A stretch of DNA of 64,000 bases from Vicugna vicugna (Eukaryota): NCBI GenBank assembly GCA_013265495.1, contig MU058451.1, positions 479,023-543,022 on the forward strand. The letters run 5' to 3'. A model generated the notes under the pieces. It was not told the origin of the DNA. It saw only the letters and a program-made list of their open reading frames with translations, and made no database searches. Made by a program: the position numbers and the translations under genes. Positions 41,882-56,104 of the stretch are shown one piece after another. How positions within the stretch are numbered: the first letter of the stretch is position 1; each line of letters opens with the position of its first letter.

Positions 41882-43238
41882 CTAATAAATAAACTCTACA
41901 GAAACGTCATGGTAATTTGTTTTTGGACATCCTAAGTCTTAGAAGTGATGAAAACTGAGGAGACTATCTAGAAGTCAGATTATCTAAAGCTTCAGAAATT
42001 ACTTACAAAGACTGGACACATGTTAGTTACAGTGTCAAAGACCAAAAAACAGGGGACGGGGGGGCCACGCTCAGATTCTTGGGAAGACTGTAAAATTGAT
42101 ATTACCTCAGGGGTAGAGATTAGGTTATACAAGTTATACTTAACCCATTTGCCTATCTTTTCAAAGAACCGTGGAAACTTCCTACTACTAGCTCTACATT
42201 CAAACTGGACACCACATTTACGATTCTGATGGAAAAGCTGACTTAACTTCTACTTGACTTCATTTTGAACTCTAAGCAGTAGAGATAGAAGCAACTGCTA
42301 CTTAAAATTGTTTTTAATCTTTAAAATTGCTAACATTTTTCAGAATATATCTTAATCAAATGCTTGTGAATTAAGAGCTTTATTCTTCTCTGGCATACTC
42401 AAATTTCAAAACAACTTTGTGGTTTTGAGTAATCTGATACCTGAGTTACTAAATCAAATATTTACAAAATGATATAACTGAACAAAACCCCAACTCAGTG
42501 TTGTATAATTATCTTACATTCTAAATAGACACTTGGGGCAAGTCTACTGCCTGAATATGTTAATATTTTGTTACCTGAATACCTCATCCCTCACCCATGC
42601 TAGTTAATTTTATTACTGTCTTCAACTACAATCAACTTCCCATAACAACTTGATTTTTACATAGTGTCATTTAGGAAAACTTTTTGAAATAAAACCTAAA
42701 AGTATAGTTTGGATGCTATTACCAGATAACTCCTAGAGCTCATTGATCAAAAAGACAGGCAGAATGGTCAAGCACAGCAAAAAAATGAAAATTAAATGGG
42801 CTTATTAAGAGTTGTTATTACAGGTCCAAAACATAACCTGTAGGTCAGAAAAACTGAACCTGAACACTGTGCCCTTAGAAACCTTGACTGAACAATGACA
42901 CTTTAAACAAATATAAAATGTCTATTCTTAGGATTTTTCTTATGCAAAGATCACAGGGAAGAGAAGGCTAAAAAAGGTTCATTGATGGAATTTCAAGCCC
43001 ACTTACAAAAATATACAGTAAACATCAGACACATAAAAACTGATTTTCATACAATATATGGGGTGAAGTCAACCAAAAACATCAGATATTGCATTACAAA
43101 ATTATCAAAATAATGTTCAGTCTCATCATGAATGAGATCTGTGAAAATAATGAAGAACCTAGTGTTCATGGAAATTTCCAGGTCTGTCCAACTGAACTTT
43201 TCTACTGAATTAGAAAATTCCAAAAGAAAACTACCCAC

Positions 43239-43302
43239 CTGTTGCAGGGAGGGTAACATTGTACTGAAGAGTAACAAAAATTATAGAAACTTTTGCTGTT
43301 AC
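43239..43302 (-). CDS. TRAM1: TRAM1 coding exon 2 (VTAKVSIIFVTLQYNVTLPAT)
   Basis: 64 nt, TAG acceptor after a pyrimidine tract, GTGGGT donor; contains the N-V-T glycosylation sequon (N56). Confidence 0.96.
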
Positions 43303-44689
43303 CTAGAAAGAAAAAAAGAAGATCAAGTTCATTTGTGACCTTCTCCCAAACAGCAAATCGGGGGGGGGGTGGGCATTACAAGTTCTGTCCAAACGTCTAA
43401 GTCCCTGTGGCACCACAACAGACTTGACCGGACTTCTTGATCATCAAGGAGGTGAGCGTGCAAGTTAACATAATCCACCAGAGCATTCTACAGTTTGGAT
43501 GAGACTGTAATTCACTCCTATCTTTAAGATTTCAAGAGATACTGTAGCTCCAGTAAACAGTGTTTTGATAAATAATGTTTCTCTACTCTAGATCTGTATA
43601 TAGAACACAAAATTCTATTCAAGAAAAAATTTAAATGTAAATTAATGAAAGAAAAGGAAGCACAATTATCATGACAAAAATGGATCAAAGGCAGGATCTG
43701 TGGAGTGTTTGTGTTAATTTCCCACACACCAGGCATAGTTACATGGTCAATAAATATTTAAATGATCTGATTACTGGTAAAAGTAAAATGGTCAGAACAG
43801 AAAAATAGAACACTTACTCGATATTTACAGGTACCAGGCACTGTGCCACATAAGACAGGATAACAAAAATGAGTGACATAATCCCGATGACTAGAAACTT
43901 AAGTGTGGTCTGGACGACGGTAAACAAGCTGTTATGGACTGCAGAGTCAGTGCCAGTGAGAACGCAGGATAAACACCGCATTTTGTTGTTGTCTTTCCTG
44001 GGCTGAGGAATAAGGCAGGCTCTGGAAGGGCTTCTCAGGGCATGTGGTGCAGGAACTGTCTTTTGTTGGAAAATACAAGTCCCCAAGGCTCATAAAGGGG
44101 GCTGGGGAGGCAGAGGCAGGAGAAACAGGAGGGCAAAGGTGGAGGAGAAGGAAACAGGGGGTCTGGCATGAGCACGCAGCAGGAGGGGGTAGAAAGACCT
44201 GGCAAAGTTACCAAGCGCTAGACAGGGCCTAGCTTGCTGAGTTAGGTGGTTTACATTCTACTCTAGTGCGACCAGTGTGAGGAGCTCTCTGGGAAGATGG
44301 CTGACGGCTGTAAGTCCCCTTGGATCTGGACTCCACACTGCAACCAGAATCATCGCCATTCCCACGCCCACCCTGCCTCCACCCCTGCCCCGAAGGCCCC
44401 TCACTGGATTCCCATTCTTTCTAGGATAAGAACAAAATGTCAACATAGCCCACATCACATTCCACTGTCCCGCCCCTCCTCTCGGACTCCCTCCTCCCAC
44501 CACAGCGCAGGGCAGCTCCGTCACAGCACCGTGGGGAAACCTCTCTGCTTCAGATCTCAGTTCAACCTCACCTTTTCAAGGAAGCCTTCCCTGCCTCTTA
44601 GGGTAGGTCATTTCCTTTGTTAGATTACCTTAGGGATCTGTGCTCCTTTCTTACAAAACACACACTCCTGGTGTGGTTACATTCATAAC

Positions 44690-45950
44690 TGCTGTCTCAC
44701 CCACTAGGAAGTAGGTTCCATAGAAGCTGGGGCCACGCCTGTCTCTGCTCACCTCTACATGCTGAGAGCCCAGCATGGCACATGGCACATATCAGGCAAC
44801 TGATCAGTATCACTGAATAAACATTAGATAAAATATAACTTGGAGTAAGGATGCAAGTCAAGTCTAAGGGCTCTGTGAGAGACCACATGAAAGACAAGAG
44901 GCCTGAACTAAGCAGTGGCAGCTGGACAGATGGGGAACTTGAGGCAGAATAAGGCTTAGTAAGCAAGAGGGAAGAGTCAAAGATTATGTACTGATGCTTC
45001 AACAAGTAGATGAAAAGCAATACTATTAGTAAAGGTGTGGAATACAGGAGGAACGGCAGGTTTAGGGGAAGGAGAAGAATGAGTTTTAGATAAACGCAGA
45101 TTTCTGTGAGAGATACAGATGGAAAGACCAACAGGCAGGTAAGGCCCACACCGGGAACTCTGCAGGGAGACCAGAGCTTAAGATTTGGAAGTCTATTTAC
45201 AAGAGCACAGAGTTGATGCTGTAGAAGTATATAAATCATCCACAGAGCGCATACAGGATCCGATGAGTAGGAAAACATCAGAACCGTGGAGAGAGCAGAG
45301 AAAAAAGGTAGTGGCCAAAGAAGAAATAATCAAAGAGAGACAGATTTAGAGTACAGCACGATGCCCCCAGAGCCAAAGAGGAAACATTTCAAAAAAGCGT
45401 GGTTAATAAAGTCAAAGTTTCAAAAGCGACATCGGGAAAAGGCTGCCGCAGACCGGACAATTTAAGAAGTCATCAGTGGTCACAGCTCAAGTGATGTCAA
45501 TGAAGGAGTCAAAGTTTCAAAAGCGACGTCGGGAAAAGGCTGCCGCAGACCGGACAATTTAAGAAGTCATCAGTGGTCACAGCTCAAGTGATGTCAATGA
45601 AGGAGTGAGAGCAAAAGCCACATCACAGTGGACTGTGGAACACAAGAGGAACAAATGGTTCCCAGAGACAGGTGCCAGGTCCAGATTTATGTTGTTTTAT
45701 GATGGGAGAGACTGAGCTTGTGTGGGGGCAATCAGGAAACGAGCCGGGGCCAGGGAGGATTGAAACATATAAGGGTATAAAGGGATGGAAAGATCTGCAA
45801 GGGAATGAAATATAAGGCTAGAGCTAAAAGTTAATCTTGAGCAGTTTTCATCTTAGACCAGGCAGAAGGCAAAAATGATCAGACAGATAAGTTCAAAAGG
45901 CAAGGAACTGAAGACATTCACATCTGATGAACTATTATTTTCCCTGTGGG
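44690..45950. mobile_element. Degraded L2-like fragments in TRAM1 intron 1
   Basis: Purine-rich L2-like motifs (gagttttagataaac, gatttggaagtc). Confidence 0.5.
45410..45606. repeat. 97-bp tandem duplication (2 copies, 1 mismatch)
   Basis: Direct comparison: position n matches n+97 except 45431 A vs 45528 G. Confidence 0.95.
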
Positions 45951-48900
45951 AAATAAAAAAATGGAGTACCACTGTTAAGCATAGTTGGGGACTTGAATGA
46001 TGAATATGTCTCTAGTTAGGGAAAGGAGCTGGCCAGGGAAAAGTAAAAACATCCCTGGGTGTTACTGTTGTCTGAGGTTAGGGACCTTTGCTGTGTAATA
46101 TTATCCATCAGCGTGAATGCATGACTTTCTCTGACAACACTTAACAATCCACAAATGGGGAGGCACAGAAAAGGCAGATGGCAGGCTGGATCCATGGTTG
46201 GATATCTGCAGGCCAAACAGGGAGAAAGACCAAGAAGGGAGGGGAGCCGAGGGCCTGGGGAGTCTGGACTAGTAGTTAAAGTCTGCAGGACGAAAAGCAA
46301 AGCAACGAGGGGGCTAATATACTGGAGAAAAGGAGAGGGGACCAGGCACCGTAAAAACCCGGACCGGGTGGAGCTGGAAGACGAGCAGCAGCAGCAGGAG
46401 GGAGAGGAACAACATGCAGGTTGTAGCTGAGCTCTGCCCTACTGGAATTCAGGATCTGGAAGCACAGCAGGCCTGTGAGATAAAGTCCAGGGCACGGCCA
46501 CTACAGTCACTTTGCCGGGGTAGATACAGAAAGGTCACTTGACTGAAAAAGGCCAGTAAGGCTTTTCTGTATCACATTTTGGGTCATTCACATGTATGCA
46601 TTAGAGGAGAATGATGACATGAGTTTCTAGGGTAACACTGCTTTCATGTGACTATTTTTAATAAAGTTGACTGATTACTAAATTTCATTTTTTAATATCT
46701 TTGTTTAGACTTCATACATAAACATACACACACTCCACATCCCTGTTTCTAGTTTAGAACATTAACTCACCACTACCATAGCTAAAAAACCTTTTTAAGT
46801 TTCCTTTACAATTGACAAGTGTAATTCTTCAAAGATAAATTTCATATCAAATTCCCAAAGCAACAAAAATTAGATTATCCTTTTATGCTAGGCTTCCAAA
46901 TAAAATTAAAATCTGGCTTTCAGCTAGTTTAGCATGTGACATTAAGTAGAATAAAAGGAAAAATAAACTACATACCCTCAAAAGTTAATAGAAAAATTAA
47001 GCCAGTAATCATGCTCTTAGTAATTTCTAGGCCTCCTAAGCTTCATACCCTAGCCAGCATTGTTTTAGCTAAACTAATATTACAGTTAAACAATAGTAAG
47101 ACAAATTAGCTTGGAATAATACATGCTACAGAAATATATAATGCCCTCAAAAGTAAACATAACTGAACTTTTGACCGTTTTGGACATTTAAAGCACTGCT
47201 TTCCACTTATTAAGAAAGAATGAGACTTATTCAGATACACATTAAATAGGTTGTCACAAACTTTAATGAATTATCTAATTCTGCATTCCTGACATACAAT
47301 ATCAGGAATATTAAAATATTTCTTGTGTGGTTACCTGTTGGGGCTTGGTATCTTTTCTTGTCATACAGAGATGTTAACTGTTTTGTACTTGTTAGCAGAA
47401 GGTGTGACTACTACACTGATCGGGTGCCCAAAAGACAAAGGCAATTTCTAAATAGCAAATCCCACTTCCCCATCAACTTCTATAAAATTAAGTTCTCAAA
47501 ACAAAAAAGAAAAGAAAAGAAAATGTGTTGGCATTAAGACAAGTCAGGCTTAAAAATAGAATAAGCCTTCAAGATTGTTCTGTGATAGTTTAACTGTAAA
47601 GGTCCCCCAAATCTCGCATGGCACAAACAATCCGGACTTATGAGTATCTGGAAAGTAACTCCGTTTCAGAAGAAAATACACCTCGTGGAAACCCCTAACT
47701 CCTCTTCTGTATCCTCATTTTCAGAATGTTTCTCAAGTATCCTTCTATCTTTTGTCTGTTAAAATTTCCTAACCGGAATATGAAGCCATTAATTACAGAC
47801 CCTGATCTGCATTATGTGGACAGATACTGACTCTATTAAAAACATGATTTCAACTTTCACAGCAATTTTGGTAACATGAAGTCCCCTGGAAATTAAACTC
47901 TTACATTTCCTCAAAACAAACTATTGCTTTATCCACCTGATCAGTATATGTAATCTCTTTAGTGTCCAACTGTTGGACCCTTCTCTCACATAAAAATGCT
48001 GTCTTCTATTTTCCAACTTTGATAAATACCTAAGGAATAATGAGCCACCATTTATGGCACGCCTCCTTGTAAGCCACACTCTGAACTAGGCCTTATACAT
48101 ATTAGTTTCTAATTCTCAGAGTAATTTGATGAGCCCCATTTTACAGAAAAGGAAACAAGTTCTGGGAAGTCAAATGACATGCCCAAGGTCACGCAGTCAG
48201 CAAGCAGCAGAGCCGTAACTCCCTTTAGCTTCAGCGTCTGTACTGACTCATTTTGGCTAGTAGTGCGGTATCTATTACTGCTTTGTCAATTCCACCATAG
48301 ACGCTCTGACATTTCCTCAATATACTTACACAAAAGGCCTAGCAGTTCTGCTGCAAAAACATCAGCTTCTCTATTATTCTAGCACAGACACTGGCATTCT
48401 ATAATTACGTTAATATTGATATTCAGCAGCAATTAGCTTAAAGGTCAAGCAGCAAAACTAAGCTAATGAAATTTTTCCCACCTTTTGAAAACACACTTTC
48501 AAATCCTAAAACTTCGATGTACGGTGAGAAAAATGCAGTACAGCTGCACAAACTTCCTTCTGTGTACTACTTTAACATTCTTTTTTGAACTGACTTTAAA
48601 AACTTCTGTTTAGATCTTGGTTGTGTCTATTTCAATTTATAAATTTTATAGATGTACATAAAGGTACACAGATGTACACAAACATCCACTCCTTGCTAAC
48701 AAATCATTGACATGTGGGGCAAGGTACAGGGAGGTGGTGAACTTCCCTAGAAATGTGGTAAGAGAACATGAAATAGTTTACATAGAAGCACAGTTATCAC
48801 ATTTCTAAGTGTCAGCATTTCTGATTTATATTCCATTTCATTCAAAGCACTACAAAATACCTCGCAGGGAATATTACTCCTAAATTATATCTTTAAAGGT

Positions 48901-50029
48901 AGGAATTCCTACCATGTGGAGACAGGTTATGACAAGTTTTACAAAATTGTGCAAAATGTTGCATATACAGAAGTATTACTTATATCAAAGCAGAAAGTAT
49001 AGCTAAATGTAAAATTTGGAAAGTGAGTACAAACATTAGGCAATGCACTTTTAGTATCATATACATTCATATAGTACTTTATAAACCATGAGATGCCATC
49101 ACACCATATTATCTGATTTTGGCAACAATGGCTGTGAGAACAGCACAGGTGGTGGTATTTCCTTACACAGCGCAGAAAAACTGGGGTTTGGCCTTGGGTG
49201 GTTCAGTAGGTAAGAAGCACAGGCCCAGCCTAAAGCGAAGTATGTGACATGTTAGTTCCCTTCTACCTTCCCTTTCAGGATGCCTACTACCTCCTTAGCA
49301 GTGTACTAAGAGAACACTATTAAGAATTAAAAACATCTACATCTAGATTCAGAAAAGCCCGTTTGAAGAGAAGCAAAAATATGTTAAAAAATTAGATTAC
49401 TTAATAACACTTAAAAAACCCACATAGACTCTATTTTAAAAAATTATTTTTTCTTTTGGCCACTGGCAGCCTCATTCCACCAGATTTTCTCAAGAATTCT
49501 TAACGTCACTCATTAAACAAATATTTTGCAAGCACCTCCTATATGCCAGGCACTAGTTTAGGCGCTGGAAATAGATTAAGAAAACCCAAAACTTTCTGCC
49601 CTCACTGACATTGCATCCCAGGAGTAGGGCAGACAATAGTCAAGTAGGATAATTAGTATATTTGATGGGGTACAGGAGCTACAGAGAAAAATTTAAAACG
49701 GAAAGATTAGGAATGGGCGTGTGTATTGGGGAGCGAGGGAAAGAAAGCCGTGGGATGTTACACGTTCACCTTGCAAAGTTTATTACCCACATTCAACAGC
49801 TGTTAACCAAGTCATCACAATACTCGTTCTGTGGGAGGAGAATTTACACACTCCTGACATTTCCATCCTCTCCTACTTCAAGAAACAAAAAGGAAATTAT
49901 TCGACTTCACGGCACTGCTGTTCAGAACCTGGATTTATGTATCAGATTTTGTTTCTTTAAAGAAAAAGCAAGCGTAAGAGCAAAAAGTTCGGCCACTGGT
50001 AACAATACCAGTTTGGGAGACAGGAGTTA

Positions 50030-51190
<1,161 letters not shown>

Positions 51191-51808
51191 CGTTGATTGT
51201 CACTTCTTGAAAGCCACCGCCACTATCAAGATAATCTAAACATATGCCTGCAGCTTAACTACAGAAGGGTAGGAGCTTTCTTCGGTTTTTAGCATCTGCC
51301 TTAAACGTTAAGTTGAGTTGTTTTAAACACTTCTGAGGACTTTTTCCTGTTCCTTGTAGGCTTGAATTAGTTTTTTAAAAAAGAATAATTCCTATTTGGT
51401 CTCATTTACCCATCTCCCATCCCTCATTCCCCACCTGGCGTCCGACTGAAGATGGGGTAAGTGATCAGTTTGGTTTTACTGCCTCATACTTATTATTAAC
51501 AACACTTACTGGCAATCTAGGGAGATGATAAAAAAAAATTTTGTGTATTAGGCATGTCCTCCTCTTACATATTTCTGCCCAAACCAAGACTCCTTTGTAT
51601 TATTTGTCCCGATGAATTGTACCACTCTCCACCCATTTGCCAAATCTAGAAACCAAAGTCATGCAGCACTGTCTGCATACTTTCATATGCAAACTGTTAT
51701 CAAACCCAGGCCATTCTGTCCCCCTTCCCCCCCCAATGCTGCAGTGGGGGACTTAACCTCTTGTCTACAATGTTACAACTCTGGTGAATGCCTTGGTTTA
51801 AGAACATG

Positions 51809-54800
51809 TTTTATTTTTAATGTTTGCACTAGAAATTCTTTTTTTCCCTCTGTCTCTATATTTTAATTTTATTTTTTAAACATTTTTATTGATTTATAAT
51901 CATTTTACAATGTTGTGTCAAATTCCAGTGTAGAGCACAATTTTTCAGTTATACATGAACGTATATATATTCATTGTCACATTTTTTTCTCTGTGAGCTA
52001 CCAAAAGACCTTGTATATATTTCCCTGTGCTATACAGTATAATCTTGTTTATCTGTTCTACAATTTTGAAATCCCAGTCTATCTCTTCCCACCCCCCGCC
52101 CCCTTGGCAACCACAAGTTTATGTTCTGTGTCTGTGAGTCTATTTCTGTTTTGTATTTATGCTTTGTTTTTTTTGTTTCTTTGTTTTTAGATTCCACATA
52201 TGAGCGATCTCATATGGTATTTTTCTTTCTCTTTCTGGCTTACTTCACTTAGAATGACATTCTCCAGGAGCATGCATGTTGTTGCAAATGGCGTTATGTT
52301 GTCGGTTTTTATGGCTGAGTAGTATTCCATTGTATAAATATACCACATATTCTTTATCCAGTCATCTGTTGATGGACATTTAGGCTGTTTCCATGTCTTG
52401 GCTATTGTAAATAATCCTCCTATGAACACTGGGGTGCAGGTGTCATCCTGAAGTAGGGTTCCTTCTGGATATATGCCCAGGAGTGGGATTCTTGGGTCAT
52501 ATGGTGAGTCTATTCCTAGTCTTTTGAGCAATCTCCATACTGTTTTCCACAGTGGCTGCATCAAACTGCATTCCCACCAGCAGTGAAGGAGAGTTCCCTT
52601 TTCTCCACAGCCTCTCCAGCATTTGTCATTTTTGGATTTTTGAATGACGGCCATTCTGACTGGTGTGAGGTGATACCTCATTGTAGTTTTGATTTGCATT
52701 TCTCTGATAATTAGTGATATTGAACATTTTTTCATGTGCTTTTTGATCATTTGTATGTCTTCCTTGGAGAATTGCTTGTTTAGGTCTTCTGCCCATTTTT
52801 GGATTGGGTTGTTTATTTTTTTCTTATTGAGTCGTATGAGCTGCTTATATATTTTGGAGATCAAGCCTTTGTCGGTTTCACTTGCAAAAATTTTCTCCCA
52901 TTCCGTAGGTTTTCTTCTTGTTTTATTTCTGGTTTCCTTTGCTCTGCAGAAGCTTGTAAGTTTCATTAGGTCCCATTTGTTTATTCTTGCTTTTATTTCT
53001 TCTAGGAGAAAATTTTTGAAATGTATGTCAGATAATGTTTTGCCTATGTTTTCCTCTAGGAGGTTTATTGTATCTTGTCTTATGTTTAAGTCTTTAATCC
53101 ATTTTGAGTTGATTTTTGTATATGGTGTAAGGGTGTGTTCTAGCTTCATTGTTTTACATGCTGCTGTCCAGTTTTCCCAACACCATTTGCTGAAGAGACT
53201 GTCTTTATTCCATTGTATATTCTTGCCTCCTTTGTCGAAGATGAGTTGACCAAAAGTTTGTGGGTTCATTTCTGGGCTCTCTATTCTGTTCCATTGGTCT
53301 ATATGTCTGTTTTGGTACCAATACCATGCTGTCTTGATGACTGTAGCTCTATAGTATTGTCTGAAGTCTGGGAGAGTTATTCCTCCAGCCTCTTTCTTTC
53401 TCTTCAGTAATGCTTTAGCAATTCTAGGTCTTTGATGGTTCCATATAAATTTTATTATGATTTGTTCTAGTTCTGTGAAATATGTCCTGGGTAATTGGAT
53501 AGGGATTGCATTAAATCTGTAGATTGCCTTGGGCAGTGTGACCATTTTAACAATATTGATTCTTCCAATCCAAGAGCATGGAATATCTTTCCATTTTTTA
53601 AAGTCTTCTTTAATTTCCTTCATCAATGGTTTATAGTTTTCTGTGTATAATTCTTTCGCCTCCTTGGTTAGATTTATTCCCAGATATTTTATTACTTTGG
53701 GTGCTATTTTAAAGGGGATTGTTTCTTTACTTTCTTTTTCTGTTGATTTATCGTTAGTGTAAAGAAAGGCAACTGATTTTTGAACATTAATTTTGTAACC
53801 TGCTACCTTGCTGAATTCTTCGATCAGCTCTAGTAGCTTTTTTGTGGACCTTTTAGGGTTTTCTATATATAGTAACATGTCGTCAGCATATAATGACACT
53901 TTTACCTCTTCTTTTCCAATTTGGATCCCTTTTATTTCTTTCTCTTGCCTGATTGCTGTGGCTAGGACTTCCAGGACTATATTGAATAGGAGTGGTGATA
54001 GTGGGCATCCTTGTCTTGTCCCAGATTTTAGTGGGAAGCTTTTGAGTTTTTCACCGTTGAGAACTATGCTGGCTGTAGGTTTGTCATATATAGCTTTTAT
54101 TATGTTGAGATATGTTCCCTCTATACCCACTTTGGCGAGAGTTTTTATCATAAATGGATGTTGAATTTTATCAAATGCTTTTTCTGCATCGATTGAGATG
54201 ATCATGTGGCTTTTGTCCTTTCTCTTGTTTATGTGATGTATTACATTGATTGATTTGTGTATGCTGAACCACCCTTGTGTCCCTGGGATGAACCCCACTT
54301 GGTCATGATGTATAATCTTTTTTATGTGTTGTTGGATTCTATTTGCTAATATTTTGGTGAGGATTTTGGCGTCTATGTTCGCCAGTGATATTGGCCAATA
54401 ATTCTCTTTTTTGGTAGTGTAATTGCCTGGTTTTGGTATCAGGGTGATGATGGCTTCATAGAATGAGTTTGGGAGTATTCCCTCCTTTTCAATCTTCTGG
54501 AAGAGTTTGAGAAGGACTGGTATGAGTTCTTTATATGTTTGGTAGAATTCCCCAGTGAAGCCGTCTGGTCCTGGACTTTAATTTGTAGAGAGGTTTTTTA
54601 TTCCTATTTTGATTTCATTTCTAGTGATCTGTTTGTTCAAGTGGTCAGTTTCTTCTTGATTCAGTCTTGGTGGACAGTATGTTTCCAGAAACTTGTCCAT
54701 CTCCTCTAGGTTATCCAGTTTGGTTCCATATAGTTTTTCATAATATTCTCGTATGATATTCTGTATTTCTATTTTATTTGTTGTAATTTCTCCATTATCC

Positions 54801-54863
54801 TTTCTTATTTTGCTAATTTGTGCTCTCTCTTTTTTCTTCTTTGTGAGTTTGGCCAGAGGTTTG
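51809..54863 (-). mobile_element. Young 5'-truncated LINE-1 (ORF2 RT and C-terminal domain, 3'UTR, A tail) with TSD
   Basis: ORF2 frame open 52187-54577 with YADD and CX3CX7HX4C ([18 protein letters not shown]); TSD taagaacatg at 51799-51808 and 54864-54873; inserted into a MIR-like sequence. Confidence 0.96.
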
Positions 54864-55754
54864 TAAGAACATGGGTTTTTAAATCAGAATTCTGTCACTT
54901 ATTACCTGTATGATCATGGACAAGTTGCTCAATTTCCATGACACTCGATTTCCTTATTTATTTATGTATTCATGTATTCAGAAATATTTATTGGGAGTCT
55001 ACCATATGCTAATCACTGAGGATACTAAAGGAAAAATACGAATGAACCTATTCTTATGGGCTTTCATTCTAGTATGAGAAGATAATCTTTAAACAAGATT
55101 TAAAAAGTGAAACATATGTTAAGTTGAGATGAGAGTCCTGGAGAAGAATAAAGGGATTGAATAGGGAAAGTGTGGGGAAGACCTGAAGAGATGAGGGAGC
55201 AAAGCATGTGGATGTCATCTATAAAAAGGAGATAATTGTAGTACCTAATTCAGCAATTAAATGAGACAATTCAAGGAAAACACTTAGTAGAGAGTTCGGG
55301 CTCTATAAATGTTAGCTATTCTTATTTTCCTATTTTCTGATGAAACAATTACTAGTTTTACTTACATCCAAATCACTTTCCAATTTCACGTTAGAATGAT
55401 GCTTCTAACAAAATTTTTTCAAAAATTTTTAGTGGTCTCCCTTTAGAACTTCATGATTTAGCACCTGCCTACCCAAACAGGCTCAAACCCTGCCTCTATA
55501 GGCTCCAGTCTCTTAGTACCAGGAATACTGGGCTTCACACCCTAGACACGCAGTAGTATGCTCTCTTCGCAGGCTCTGCCCTGGCTTTGTGCCTGCTGCT
55601 GCCTCCGACTGGAACGTTTTCTCTTCTCCTCTCATCTACCCAGCACACTCCTACTGTTCCTTCAAGTCTCATTCACATGGGACCTCACCGAAACCTTCAC
55701 TGACTTCTGTGCCTTTCTCTCATTTGCATTTTTAAAAACATCAATTGCATTTTT

Positions 55755-56104
55755 TTATTTTTCAGTTTTATTAGGTAGAATTGTTGTAATTTGACTGCAC
55801 ATATACAGTGCATTGCATGTAAATAATACACAATATACTGCACATATTTTAAAAATTTACATATATGTACTGTTCATTGTTGCTAAGAACGTTTAGAGCT
55901 GTAGCTTTTTAAACTTACGTAATTATCAAATGAATAAAGCCAATCACAAAATAAGAATTAATTCAAAAAGATACATACAGCCCGCTATTAACAGCAACAT
56001 TATTTATAATTGCCAAGATATGGAAGCATTGTAAGTGCACATCAATAGATGAATGGATAAAGAAGATGCAGCATATATATGTAATTTAATACAGCTCACC
56101 CATA
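55755..56104 (-). mobile_element. L1-mediated composite insertion (inverted L1 fragment plus non-L1 polyadenylated segment)
   Basis: 15-bp TSD atcaattgcattttt at 55740-55754 and 56105-56119. Confidence 0.7.

Noticed and set aside
44697..45278. 193-aa hydrophobic ORF
   Set aside because: Lies in a decayed purine-rich L2-like repeat; the Leu/Ser bias reflects composition.
52689..54164. Plus-strand ORFs (186, 65 and 118 aa)
   Set aside because: Antisense shadows of L1 ORF2.
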